From: a virus
DNA: 64,000 nucleotides
IMG/VR virus record: IMGVR_UViG_3300045125_000085
Coordinates: 32,001 to 96,000 of that record
Reading direction: 5' to 3' (one strand)
Shown: piece by piece, positions 9,294 to 20,139 of the stretch
Position numbering within the stretch: position 1 is the stretch's first letter
Layout of the letters: each line of letters opens with the position of its first letter
Notes under the pieces: generated by a model
Databases searched by the model: none
Told to the model about the DNA's origin: nothing
The model's input: only the letters and a program-made list of their open reading frames with translations
Made by a program: the position numbers and the translations under genes

Positions 9294-9674
9294 TCAAACC
9301 ACATGTCTATTTCTGTTACTGGTGTCAGCTACTTCATTATCTTCACCGAGATCTTCTATCTGGCAAGCTAAGATCCAGAAGCTCGTCAGATCCTCAGGTA
9401 GTCTAGGATCGTTAGGTACAGCATAACTGTAGAGATTATTGCTAGTCATCCCTACTGTGAACTGAAAGTCATCAGCGACCTCTATGCAGTCGTGGCTGTC
9501 GATGAGCTTGACGAGCACATCAGGACGAGCCTTGATGTGAGCTTTATGGACGCGCTTAATAGCATCCTCACTGTTACAGATCATCGCCTTTTTGCTTTGG
9601 TTTTGCTTGATGTGATAATCAGCATTAACATTGAAGCTAAGACCCAGAATGATAAAAGCGAATAAAGTGCGCAT
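9294..9674 (-). CDS. Putative secreted/periplasmic protein
   Basis: MRTLFAFIILGLSFNVNA signal peptide, three Cys, AGGAG RBS. Confidence 0.7.
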   Translation of the reverse strand: MRTLFAFIILGLSFNVNADYHIKQNQSKKAMICNSEDAIKRVHKAHIKARPDVLVKLIDSHDCIEVADDFQFTVGMTSNNLYSYAVPNDPRLPEDLTSFWILACQIEDLGEDNEVADTSNRNRHVV

Positions 9675-9775
9675 ATGTGTTTCTCCTAATTAGAGAGTTG
9701 TTGATAAAGGTACTAGACGGCTAGGTCCAAACACAATATATAGGCTTCTATTATCCTATGGATTTAAGCAGTAGA

Positions 9776-9805
9776 GAAAAAAGAGCACCGGTGAGGGTGC
9801 TCTTT
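9776..9805 (-). terminator. Canonical intrinsic terminator after the ring nuclease gene
   Basis: Minus strand AAGAGCACC-CTCACC-GGTGCTCTT followed by a T-tract. Confidence 0.8.
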
Positions 9806-9847
9806 GAAGGGAGCTTCATGCTCCAGCGAAGGTAACGCTATGAAAAA

Positions 9848-10195
9848 CTATTTACTGGTTGTTACCAGGATGAAGCGGAACTCTGCGCCTTCCGGCAGTA
9901 CTGTGGTGCCCTCAGGAAGACGTGGCCCATTGTACTGGGCCACCAGGAGGATATCGTCATGTTCCAGCTTGATGTTGACCCGATTGCTCGGGATATTTGC
10001 ACCAAGCAGATTGCTCAAGATGACCGCAGTGTCGGGATGACCGACACCGCTAACGAAGCGACCATCTGCGATCTCTGCACCAACGATGCTAGCTGCATCG
10101 CTAGCATCGATGTCGCGGTACGACAGTGTACCGCCATCAAAGCTAGCAGAGATCATGGAGAAGGAAAATGCGTTGGCGATGTAGAACTTGCTCAT
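9848..10195 (-). CDS. acrIII-1: AcrIII-1 family viral ring nuclease (DUF1874, STIV B116-like)
   Basis: YIANAFSFSMI, FVSGVGHPDTA (GH), NRVNIKL (NR), RLPEG (R,E); 115 aa; GGAGG RBS. Confidence 0.85.
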   Translation of the reverse strand: MSKFYIANAFSFSMISASFDGGTLSYRDIDASDAASIVGAEIADGRFVSGVGHPDTAVILSNLLGANIPSNRVNIKLEHDDILLVAQYNGPRLPEGTTVLPEGAEFRFILVTTSK

Positions 10196-10310
10196 AGTTA
10201 CCTCCAAAGGGTAAAAGCTAAGCTATGTAGATAGAGCATATCCACATAGCTGGAAAGGGTGTAGTGATCTCAGCAGTAGGCTAAGATCATAAGTAATATG
10301 TATAGCTATA
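10196..10310 (-). promoter_or_regulatory. Early-type promoter plus structured 5' leader (copy A)
   Basis: TACATATTAC (cf. phiKZ early TATATTAC), then ATGATCTTAGCCTACTG hairpin, CACCCTTTCCAG linker, second hairpin, SD hairpin; second copy at 49467-49575. Confidence 0.7.
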
Positions 10311-10374
10311 TTTCTTTTCAATCCAAGTTTAAAGCTATACGGCATATCGGGCAGAATGATCTGCCCGATAGTAG

Positions 10375-10641
10375 TTAATCACCTGAGTTTTCTTCATCCT
10401 GCTTTTTCAGCTCTGCATCTGTCAGTCGCTTATAGGCAGGTAGAGGTGCTCTGTACAGGAGCGCTATTGCGGTCAAGGTAACCGCCGTGGTAGGAGTAAG
10501 GTCGACCATGCTGTACGTCATGACCCAAAAGTTATGCCCAGGTACATCTCTACCATTGACAGTCTGGATCGCATAAGCATATTCGCTTATTAGCAGCCAG
10601 TACTCTGAAGGTACCTTTATTGCTAGTCTGTCCACAGACAC
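10375..10641 (-). CDS. Hypothetical protein
   Basis: 88-aa ORF followed by hairpin 10346-10371. Confidence 0.45.
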   Translation of the reverse strand: MSVDRLAIKVPSEYWLLISEYAYAIQTVNGRDVPGHNFWVMTYSMVDLTPTTAVTLTAIALLYRAPLPAYKRLTDAELKKQDEENSGD

Positions 10642-10949
10642 CTGAATCTATCAGTCGTTTAATACGCTAGTACATCTACCTTTTAGCATAGTAGACGAGT
10701 TGTGATACTGATTGCTCAGTACTACAGACTGTGGTGGTTTTTGTTTCCGTATCGTTACGGCGTCTGAAGCCATAATCAGCATCAGCAGTAGAGTCAATGT
10801 GTGACGAGTAGAAAAGAGTATCATTGCGCGCATAAGAGTACCTCTAAAAGTAAAATGAGTAAAACGAAAGCTATCTTACCATTACTTCACTTTGTGAAAA
10901 AATATAGAAGACATGCTATAGCCGATTACTAAATCACAGAGAGACTGTT

Positions 10950-13173
10950 ATGACGATACTGTTTTTAAACGACTGGAAAAACTACCCAAACGCTATCGTA
11001 GATACTGAGACGAAGAACTCTAGCTTTATACGGTATAGTGCACTACCCGCGAGATGGGCGTCAAGAACCATGCTTTTCCTTTGCAGCTACATAACCCTAG
11101 CTTACAAGGTATAGATCCATTTAGCCTACAGTTGACGATACAGCAGATGGCTGATATAGCCATAGAGTGTAAACGTAACTTCTTCTACTACGCTAGAGAG
11201 ATCATTCGAGTACCACCACCTTCAGGACCAGGCGTGACGTACCTAGCTGCTAATCGTGGTAATATCGCTTTATTCTGGTTGTTCTTAAACCATGTGACGA
11301 CTATACTCATACAGCCACGACAGACTGGGTAAGTCTGTATCTACAGATGCGCTACAAGTCTATCTACTGAACCTACGCTGTCAAAACACTACGATCAATT
11401 TGCTGACTAAAGATGATGATCTACGTAGCCGTAACTTTGACGCGTATTAAGGATATCTCTAGTGAGCTACCATGGTATCTACAGCTACGCTCTAAGAAAG
11501 ATATCGCTAATACGGAAGAGATCACTATTAAGACTTTGAATAACCGCTATAAAGGACACTCTACCGCATCAGTCACCTAAACAAGCCTTAAACGTAGTGT
11601 AGAGGTCTGACGAGTCCTGTCTTCCACATAGACGAGTTTGCTTTTCTGTACAATATCGAAATCATGCTACCTGCTGCATTAGCAGGTGGTGGTGCTGCTA
11701 GAGACGTAGCAGCTGAGCGAGGTGAGCCGTATGGTACTATCTATACGACGACTGCAGGTAAGAAGAACGATAGAGATGGTAAGTATGCGTATCAGATCAC
11801 TACCTGCTCAGCTGTCTGGAGTGAGAGATTCTTAGACGTAGCGGATCCTACTGACTTTAGAGCATGTGAATACGAAGATCAGCACCTAAAGGCGAGTATC
11901 GTGTCAACTGTACTTTCAGTCATAGACAACTAGGCTATAGTGATCATTGGCTCAAACGTAAGCTAGAAGATACTAATGCTACTGGTGATGATGCTAATCG
12001 TGACTTCTTCAACGTATGGACGTCAGGTACGCAGTCTATGCCCTTACCGACTTACCTCATGGAGCGTATCCATCAGTCACGTCAGTTAGATAATCATGCT
12101 GAGATCACTAGACCATACGGCTACATTACGCGCTGGTATATACCTGAAGCTACTATTAAAACGACTATGCAGGAATACAGTACGCTGATGGGGCTAGATA
12201 CTAGTGACGCCGTAGGTAGAGATGACATAGGTATGGTCATAAGGCATGTAGTCACCGGTGAGATACTCGCTGCTGGTAATTACAATGAGACTAACCTCAT
12301 CACCTTTGCTGAATGGATAGCACTGATGTTAGAGCAGTATCCGAAGATGACATTGATCATAGAGCGTAGATCATCCGGTGCAGCTATCTTAGACTACGTG
12401 ATACTCATGCTAGTCAATAAAGGCATAGATCCATTTAAACGTATCTACAATAAAGCCGTACAGGATGCCGATGAAGTACCGGAACGCTTTAAAGAACTCC
12501 AGCGTCCGTTTCATATACGTCATCAGGAAGTATATGTCAAGTATCGTAAGCTGTTTGGCTTCGCTACCTCAGGTACAGGGACTACGAGTCGTACTGAGCT
12601 CTATACGACGACATTACTAGCAGCTGCTAAGAATACAGGCGATAGAGTCAAAGATCCAGTGCTAGTCGATCAGAATACTAGGACTCACTACCAAGAACGG
12701 TAGGATAGACCATGCCGATGGTGAGCATGACGATGTCTGTATCGCATGGCTGTTGACGTACTGGTTATTGAGCAATGGCAAGCACATGGACTTCTATGGC
12801 ATCAATAGCCGTGAGATCTTAAGAGAGATCAAGCAACAAGATCCTGATCAGAAACCAGAGTATGTCTATCAGCGTAGATTACAACTACAGATACGTCAGC
12901 GTATAGAACAACTCACTGAGCAGATCAAGAATGAGCATGATGAGTATGTGGTGCATAAGCTAGAACGTGAACTAATGGGCTTAGGACATACAGATCGTAC
13001 TGGATGACGGTGAGACCTTTAGTATCGATACTCTGCTGAATGAGCTAAGGCTTACAGAAACAATCTAAGAGTCAGCAGCAGCGCAGCATGGCGTTAGGTA
13101 GACAGAACCCATATGGCGGTGGCACTGGATACTTCATAAGCAGCCTATGCAGCAAGGCAATCGTTACTGGTAA
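10950..13173 (+). CDS. terL: Terminase large subunit (phiKZ gp25-like), broken by several indels
   Basis: MTILFLNDWKNYPNA start; Walker A QPRQTG(KS) across an indel near 11329; HIDEFAF Walker B; YTTTAG; RNase H-fold nuclease with MGLDTS, LIIERRS and DGEHDD. Confidence 0.88.
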
Positions 13174-13185
13174 AAAAGTAAAGAG

Positions 13186-13223
13186 CATATAGCCAGGAGA
13201 GCATGATGCTCTCCTGGCTATGC
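13186..13223. terminator. Bidirectional terminator
   Basis: ATAGCCAGGAGAGCAT-G-ATGCTCTCCTGGCTAT with GCATA/TATGC flanks. Confidence 0.85.
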
Positions 13224-13231
13224 TGATTAGT

Positions 13232-13690
13232 TTAAGATGCTACTCGATCCCTTAGAGTGGCTACCTCAAATACTCTTTAGAGTAATAGCCATCCGATCTA
13301 CCACACCACCGGATAGTCACCCCGCCTTTCACAGTGTCGAACTTGTAATAAGCCCCACATTTCATCACCGGCGCTATAACTACAGTCCTCTCCGTCCTCA
13401 CTAGTATAAGTAGCAGAACGCTCTGTAATCTCTCCCTTCGACAGCCTCAGCTACTACCAAGGGTGTGCCTATCAGGTCTTGTAAATCGCCCACGATATCC
13501 TCTATCCAGACTGACTCACAACAGTCTTGAGGATGGTAGAAACGCACGCTCAGAATGTCTGAGGTAGATAGACTCCTCAAACACTGCTAGCATTTCATTC
13601 TTTTCTTCCTCCTCAGTCGGGATAAAGGCTTATGCTCTCTATGGTCAGATCCTACCAATACAGACAGATCGCCCATAGTCCCTTTCAGAT
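13232..13690 (-). CDS. Small phage protein with YHxQDCCESVxIEDIxGDL motif (frameshifted)
   Basis: Manual translation of 13450-13550 gives RFYHPQDCCESVWIEDIVGDLQDLIGTPLVVAE; ends approximate. Confidence 0.6.
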
Positions 13691-14186
13691 CGTTTGAATT
13701 TTAGTCACCCCGCACCTCTTTTACTGCTCGATGATAGGGTAATGGTAGCTTGCTTGAAACATCGCTTTATCTTCTAGCAACTGATAGAAAAAGTCTACGT
13801 GCAGTAACATACTCTTCAGGTAAGCTAGTAACGCACGATCCCCATTCGTCAATGCGTAATTACCATCTCGATACGTATCTTCGATGTCGTCGATCTTGCG
13901 AGTGATGTAGCTGCTTAAACTCTTCAGTCGTCAATGGAGTCGGATGCCTAGTACGATACTCAGCTAATAACTGACGAATAAACTCACTACCACGTAAGAG
14001 CCGATATACTTCAGCGATGATATCAGCTGCATCTTTACTTTCTTCTAAAACTGACAAGGGCCTTTATCCACGATTGCTCTCCTCCGACTCACACTGTTAG
14101 CTTCGCGACATTGCTCAGTTTCTTCACACTGCTCTATAGCTAATTGGTAAAACTTCCAGAAGATGTTTTTCAGCATAGGAGTGATT

Positions 14187-14504
14187 TTAGTCGCTGCCTC
14201 TAAGGTAAACACGATAGTATCCGTGACAGCACCGTTTATTGTTAATGTAACTGTACTCAGTCTCTTGCTCGATATTGACTTTCACTCTCTGCTTAGCTAC
14301 ATAGAAAGCTTCGATATCCACGCGCATGCCGATTGACGATATGCTCGTATATCTCGAATAGATCCACCCACGATAACTTACAGCTATTATTCTCCTGATA
14401 GAACTGCACAGATTTTCACTGGCGTTAACGCTGATGTCGGCTTTACGATCACCAGTGATTTTGATTTGTAAGAAGGTATTGCTTTCGATATTTATCATGA
14501 TCAT
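14187..14504 (-). CDS. Hypothetical protein
   Basis: 105-aa ORF behind an AT-rich promoter-like segment. Confidence 0.5.
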   Translation of the reverse strand: MIMINIESNTFLQIKITGDRKADISVNASENLCSSIRRIIAVSYRGWIYSRYTSISSIGMRVDIEAFYVAKQRVKVNIEQETEYSYINNKRCCHGYYRVYLRGSD

Positions 14505-14607
14505 GCTCTCAGTTAAAATAGACTCATATTAAGTATACTTTGCTGTAAAACTTTTCAAATGGATAGAGCCTCTCGTGCACTAATCGGCACGAGAGGCTCT
14601 ATGAGGC

Positions 14608-16310
14608 TCATACGGTCACGAGTACTGCAGCCGTCATGGCTAACTGTATATCACCCGCTGGTGACTCCTTGAACCAGCGTATCTTAAAGGTAGACTCATC
14701 CGTAGCCACCCAGGTCAACGTGATAGGCTTATTCCACTCATCGATAGACACGATCATGCGATTCAGTCCATCGATCAGCTCGAAGTGAGTAGGCTCTGGT
14801 GCCTTCAGTTCTACTTCAGGATTAAATAGCGGATACATGCGATAGTACACGCGCTCTAACCATAAGCTAAAGATAGTCTCGTTCGGACACAGCTTTCACG
14901 ATAGTAGGCGATCCAGGCGGACCAGGATTAAACTGCCTGACTAAGAAAGTCTGATCACCGTAATGCGGTAATCCCGTACCAGGCTCCGTCAGTACTGTCC
15001 ATGGCGTACTCAGTCCATTAGGCGGATGCTTTAAGACGATGTCGACCGACTGTACATGTACGAATGGTTTAAATGCACTCGATACATCACGCAGATTGAT
15101 ACTCACTGTCTTATGCTGGATATAGCCATATCCTGCTGGATCAAATACACCCGTCGCTTCAGATAGCTGGACTAGCTCAGTCACATCGAACATGACATTG
15201 CGGTCTAACGTGTACAGATACCACTGCAGTCTATAACCTACATAGTTACTGATATACACTGGGAAGACTAAGAGCTTTACGGTATATGAGTGGTTAGGGT
15301 TGATAGTCTGGATCTGGTAGGGCTCGGTCAGATACTTATTATCACCACTAGTAGCATGATAAGTGACTTCATTCGCACTGAGTCTATAGGCTAAAACGAG
15401 ATCATACTTTTGCCCAATGATAGTCGAGAGGTACTGATCTAAACCGTACAGTGAGAACTTACTACCATCTACAGGTAATCTAGCTGTATCACCATTGCTA
15501 TAATGCACGACCCCGATAGGATTCAGAGCACTGACTGGTACGTTGAGCGGGAAGCTGATGACACGATCTTCAGTAGCCGATAAGAATGGACACTCCAGAC
15601 TGATATGACTGATATAGCGCTGCGGTGCACTCAATGACCGAATGAAGCTAGTATTCTCTACCAATAACTGACGCTTACTGATGACATGGCCTTCGTCATT
15701 ATAACAGACTACCATCGCTAACTCACCATTCAGTAAGCTAGTATTAGTGTGACACACTGCTACTGTCTTGATAGCATAGTTCACCACACTGTCGATAGCG
15801 ACTAACTCTAAAGGTACGATATCAGTAATGAAAGCACCTGATGCGTCGTATAACCTAGAGATGATGTTAGCTGGATCTTTAGCATCTACACCACGAAAGA
15901 TCTTAGCATATTTAGCCATAGTCCCAGCTATCTTCAGTCTAGCATCTACCGCTAATACATGTGGTACTACTGTAGTATCGACATACAGTCTATACGTATC
16001 ACTAGGCGTACCTGGCCCTACTCCGAACAATACATCAGTAGGTGTCAAGCTATCATCGACTCTAGTCGGTCTTAATTCTTCTAAGCTAGGTAGCAATGTG
16101 ACTGGATCGATGCTATTCACTACAGAGACACTGTAGTAAGGTCTAGTGATATCGACGACTAAGTCGTTGACTTTAGGTACATACTTACACGACACCGATA
16201 CCACCTTGCCATATCTCATCTATATTCCATACTGTCCATCTGGTCTGACGGACGATAATAGGTACGATGCCGTCAGTCCCGACGACACCTAAGACTGTAG
16301 GATCAGTCAT
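14608..16310 (-). CDS. Virion structural protein (phiKZ gp26-like), frameshifted
   Basis: Start MTDPTVLGVVGTDGIVP at 16310; 450-aa core ORF plus C-terminal ORF 14608-14850; position next to terminase. Confidence 0.7.
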
Positions 16311-18919
16311 GGGAGACTCCGATGCGGATCTAAAGTAATGAAAGGTGCCAGATCGACTTTATTCGGACAGTAGATCCGCACGACCTGATGGATAAAGCGA
16401 TACTGATAGAGATTCAGAGCGATAGTGCGATTGATGTTGATTGGATGGATCTCACGAAACGACTATCTGGCGGATGATCTACTTTAATAGGATCGAACCG
16501 TAACCAATCAGCATAGCGTTGACAGATAGCGATGACTTCCATATCAGTCATCTCACCTGAAAGCTCTATCGTCGGTAACTCTTCGCTATATAACTGAAAG
16601 ATCAGCTTGCATAGAAACGGACTGACGATAGCATAACGCTCAGGTATAGCCGCTAATCCTAAATCAGCTTGCGGATACTTGATACGTTAAGTACTGACTG
16701 ATAGCTCTATCTATACTCAGTGCCTGCTCATGCAGCTGGTAAGTATCATGAGCAGTGATAGGATCCATAGGCACGATGATCTCTTCTGATCACATACGGC
16801 TTACCATTAGTGACTGCTAAAGGATCTCTAGTCTTGAGCTCTTCAGCGAACCTGACTTGCTCAGCTAACTTGACTCTACCATCTACCACGATACGTTGTA
16901 CTGCATCATCTCTAAGATCATAGCGACGATTATACGACAGAGCACCATGCATGACATAACTGATATCAGCCGGATCAGCTACTTTGACATCTCTAGTCGT
17001 AAACCCAGTACAGCGTATATGGATCTGCTGCTCCGTCGTATTCGGATCAGCAGTCAGATAAGCTTTATTAGTAATGACGACTTCAGGAAAGTCTATAAAG
17101 TAGTCTAAGCCTTGGATCAAGCTCTTACCATTTAAGAAGATATCGATATTACCGTACGGTACGAGCAGGATATGGTTCTTAATACCATCGCCTCTATCTT
17201 CCATCGCTGATAATGGAAAGCGCATAGTGCCATCTATAGGTACGAATGCTAAGTCATACATCAGAAATGACTGATCCGAGCGTATGCATAGCAATTGATT
17301 CGGGGTACCGCTCTTGCCAAATCGCTTTACCATCTGCTACGTAGTAATCGTCACTATCTGTGATATCCTGCCAAGGCCCTCCCCAGTGAGCTACCCCATC
17401 ACTATCTCTACTGCGTACACCTAAGTATACTCGGTAATGACCACTCGTAGGTAATACAGCCTCATCTTTACCATAACTAGTAAAGGGCTGATAGCTACCT
17501 ACACCGTAAATACCTTCAATAAAGCGAGCAGTGAGATTATTTGCAGTATAAGCCCAACCACTATCATGCACATAAGCTCCAAGATAAAGTCCGTCTGCGT
17601 CGTATTCATAAATCGTGCCGCCGTAATGTAAACCTAAGGGTAATTCTACCGTGCCGGTAAGTACTGTCCATGTTTAAGACTAAAGGAGTACGTCCTATGA
17701 GCTGACTCAAAGCTCGATATCCATAAGCATCTTCGACTAAATCAGGAGTAATCTGATTAGCTAAATCTTGCATGATAGCCGTATAGCTACTTTGCTCTAA
17801 GTGATCAGCTTGCCAATTGACTACACCGCCATCCGTACCTAATAAAGCCGTGACGATCTCATTATCAGTCAGCTTGTACAGCTCATGGATACGATTCGTC
17901 TCATAGACTAAAGGTCTAGCATAACCACTATGACGTACATGCAGTCGTATCGCTAGATCTTCTAACCGTATCCCAGTCGTACCGTAGCGCTGCTGCATAG
18001 CCCGTACAAAGTACTGGACATTATTGACTGAGACGCTATAGTCCTGATGCGTCAGCATCCGTACTGCAGTAGGCTGATTACGATGATAGTACAGACCTTT
18101 CTTAGCATGGCTGCTACTATCGTCTACTATGTAGAAGTCTATGTCGTCATGATAGCGGATATAAGGACTACTAGTCTTAGGCGTATGTAACAGATACTTA
18201 CGCTGATTATCTAAGGTACTATCGAAGCTAGCGATATCACTCAGCTTAAAACTAATCGTCTCATAGACACTACTATCGTAGACATATTCGACACAGCTAC
18301 CTAGCGTCATAGTAGGTAAAGTCAAAGCTGGTACCCACTGACCATTGATATACGCAGTCGTCAGTCCAGGCTCTAATACCCATCTATCATACTCATGCTG
18401 AAAAGCTAGCATGTCGCCAGGATGCTTACAGATCAAGGTATTCGTGTGCAGTGCAGTCGGTCTATCATTTCTATCACTACTGAAGTAAGCATTCTGATAG
18501 ACTCTGAAGTATAAGTCACCTGCATAGCAGTCACTCATAGTAGCTACTACTCGTATCGCTAGTATCAGGTTATCATTTTCAGTCCAGCGATAATAGACAC
18601 TATCTTTAGGTAGCTGACGGCCATCTTCCGTATAGCACTCTAAATAAGTCGTACCACTATTAATAGAGTCTTTAATAGTAGTCCAGCTATCATTACCTAC
18701 ATGCAGTATGTCGACGATCTCATCAGGGCAATAGCCTATTTGAAATAAGTGATAGTTGTCGACTATACTCGGTAAAGCTATCCATTGCTTATGGATGGGA
18801 TACCTGACTCGTGCACCCACTGCAGGTGATAATCGAGCAGGCTTAAAGATATATTGGCGATCTTGCTCAGGATTACACCACACATGACGTATGGCGTGTT
18901 GGACGAGCCAGTGTGACAT
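16307..18919 (-). CDS. Virion structural protein (phiKZ gp27-like), frameshifted
   Basis: MSHWLVQHAIRHVWCNPEQDRQYIF start; consecutive fragments 17606-18919, 17254-17571, 16746-17333. Confidence 0.7.
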
Positions 18920-18930
18920 GAGGATACCTA

Positions 18931-19965
18931 TTATAATTCGACGGCAGCTAATGCCTCTAGGGCAGAGGCGATACCACTTCTACGATCTCGATCTGCTTCT
19001 AAGTAGTTGTCTTGAAACAGAGCCATCGCGTTGATGAAATCAGTACGACTACTACCTTTAATATAGCGTTCAGCTAACTTAGCTATGACTGAATTCCTAT
19101 ACGTACGCTCTTGTAAAGCATGGTAAACTATAGTAGTCCAAGTAGGTGGATGCTCTAAAGCCATCGCTAAGATCTCTTTAGCATTCAGCCCAAACCAACT
19201 CTGTCCAGTCAGCGTGATTAAAATGCCTGCATTAAACTTCTCTAAACGAATGTTCTGCAGCAAGTTTTTCACCGCTTCGCAGTATAAATCCAAAGTACCC
19301 AGAGGCATACTTTTGATCTCAGAAACTAGCGAATTTACTAAGGTCCCAGGGGCAGGGGTCGCTTTAATGATATGAATTACGGCTGCCTGCGCAGTATCGT
19401 CATCCAGTTGGGGTGACTCTTGGAACAATGATTGGTAGTGCATATAACTCAAGCAGAACAATGCGACTTGATCTCTAGGATCTAATGCGTATTGTCTGCT
19501 GATGAGTTCACTGAGCCATCCGGCATAGACCGTAGCAGCACCTGTAAATTGGTTCTGCATCGGTCTAGCTCCGCCAGTCAGCCAGGCTAAGTTTAATACT
19601 AGACGAGTCTTCGCTAAAGAAAACTCCGTCATATTACGTATCGCTGGTGTCGGCGACCACGCATCGTCGAGACGATCTTTGCGGACAAAGGGCCTAATGT
19701 CCGCACAAAGAAAATCATACCCTCGCGTCCCAGTGACTAGCAGTGGGTGTGCAAATAAAGGAATGTTCGACTCGGAGGTCAGTGCGCCGGTCACCACCAG
19801 CGGGCGTATATCTAACGTGGTGATGATATCTAGGTGCTGGTTGTACAGCATATCTTTGATACAGGCTTCTTTTATAGCCCTCTCGACAGGCTTCACGACC
19901 AAACTAGATCCGATTGTGGTTTCGTAACTGGTTCGAAAAAACATACGGTATGCCTCTTTTTGCAT
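18931..19965 (-). CDS. Virion structural protein (phiKZ gp28-like)
   Basis: Intact 344-aa ORF with ALEHPPTW motif; divergent from sheath gene as in phiKZ-like synteny. Confidence 0.72.
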   Translation of the reverse strand: MQKEAYRMFFRTSYETTIGSSLVVKPVERAIKEACIKDMLYNQHLDIITTLDIRPLVVTGALTSESNIPLFAHPLLVTGTRGYDFLCADIRPFVRKDRLDDAWSPTPAIRNMTEFSLAKTRLVLNLAWLTGGARPMQNQFTGAATVYAGWLSELISRQYALDPRDQVALFCLSYMHYQSLFQESPQLDDDTAQAAVIHIIKATPAPGTLVNSLVSEIKSMPLGTLDLYCEAVKNLLQNIRLEKFNAGILITLTGQSWFGLNAKEILAMALEHPPTWTTIVYHALQERTYRNSVIAKLAERYIKGSSRTDFINAMALFQDNYLEADRDRRSGIASALEALAAVEL

Positions 19966-20139
19966 GTATAATGCATGACTATATTAAAACGCTATAGGTG
20001 CTTTTGCTAGCACCGATACCCACTCAAAGCATTAGCCGTGCGGTATTCCAGCTATTTTTTTATGTCGTCTTGGTAAAAAGTAGCACACCGACGAGACGCT
20101 TTCGGCCTGATTGTTTTTCTTATCCCCCTTGAGGTCAAC

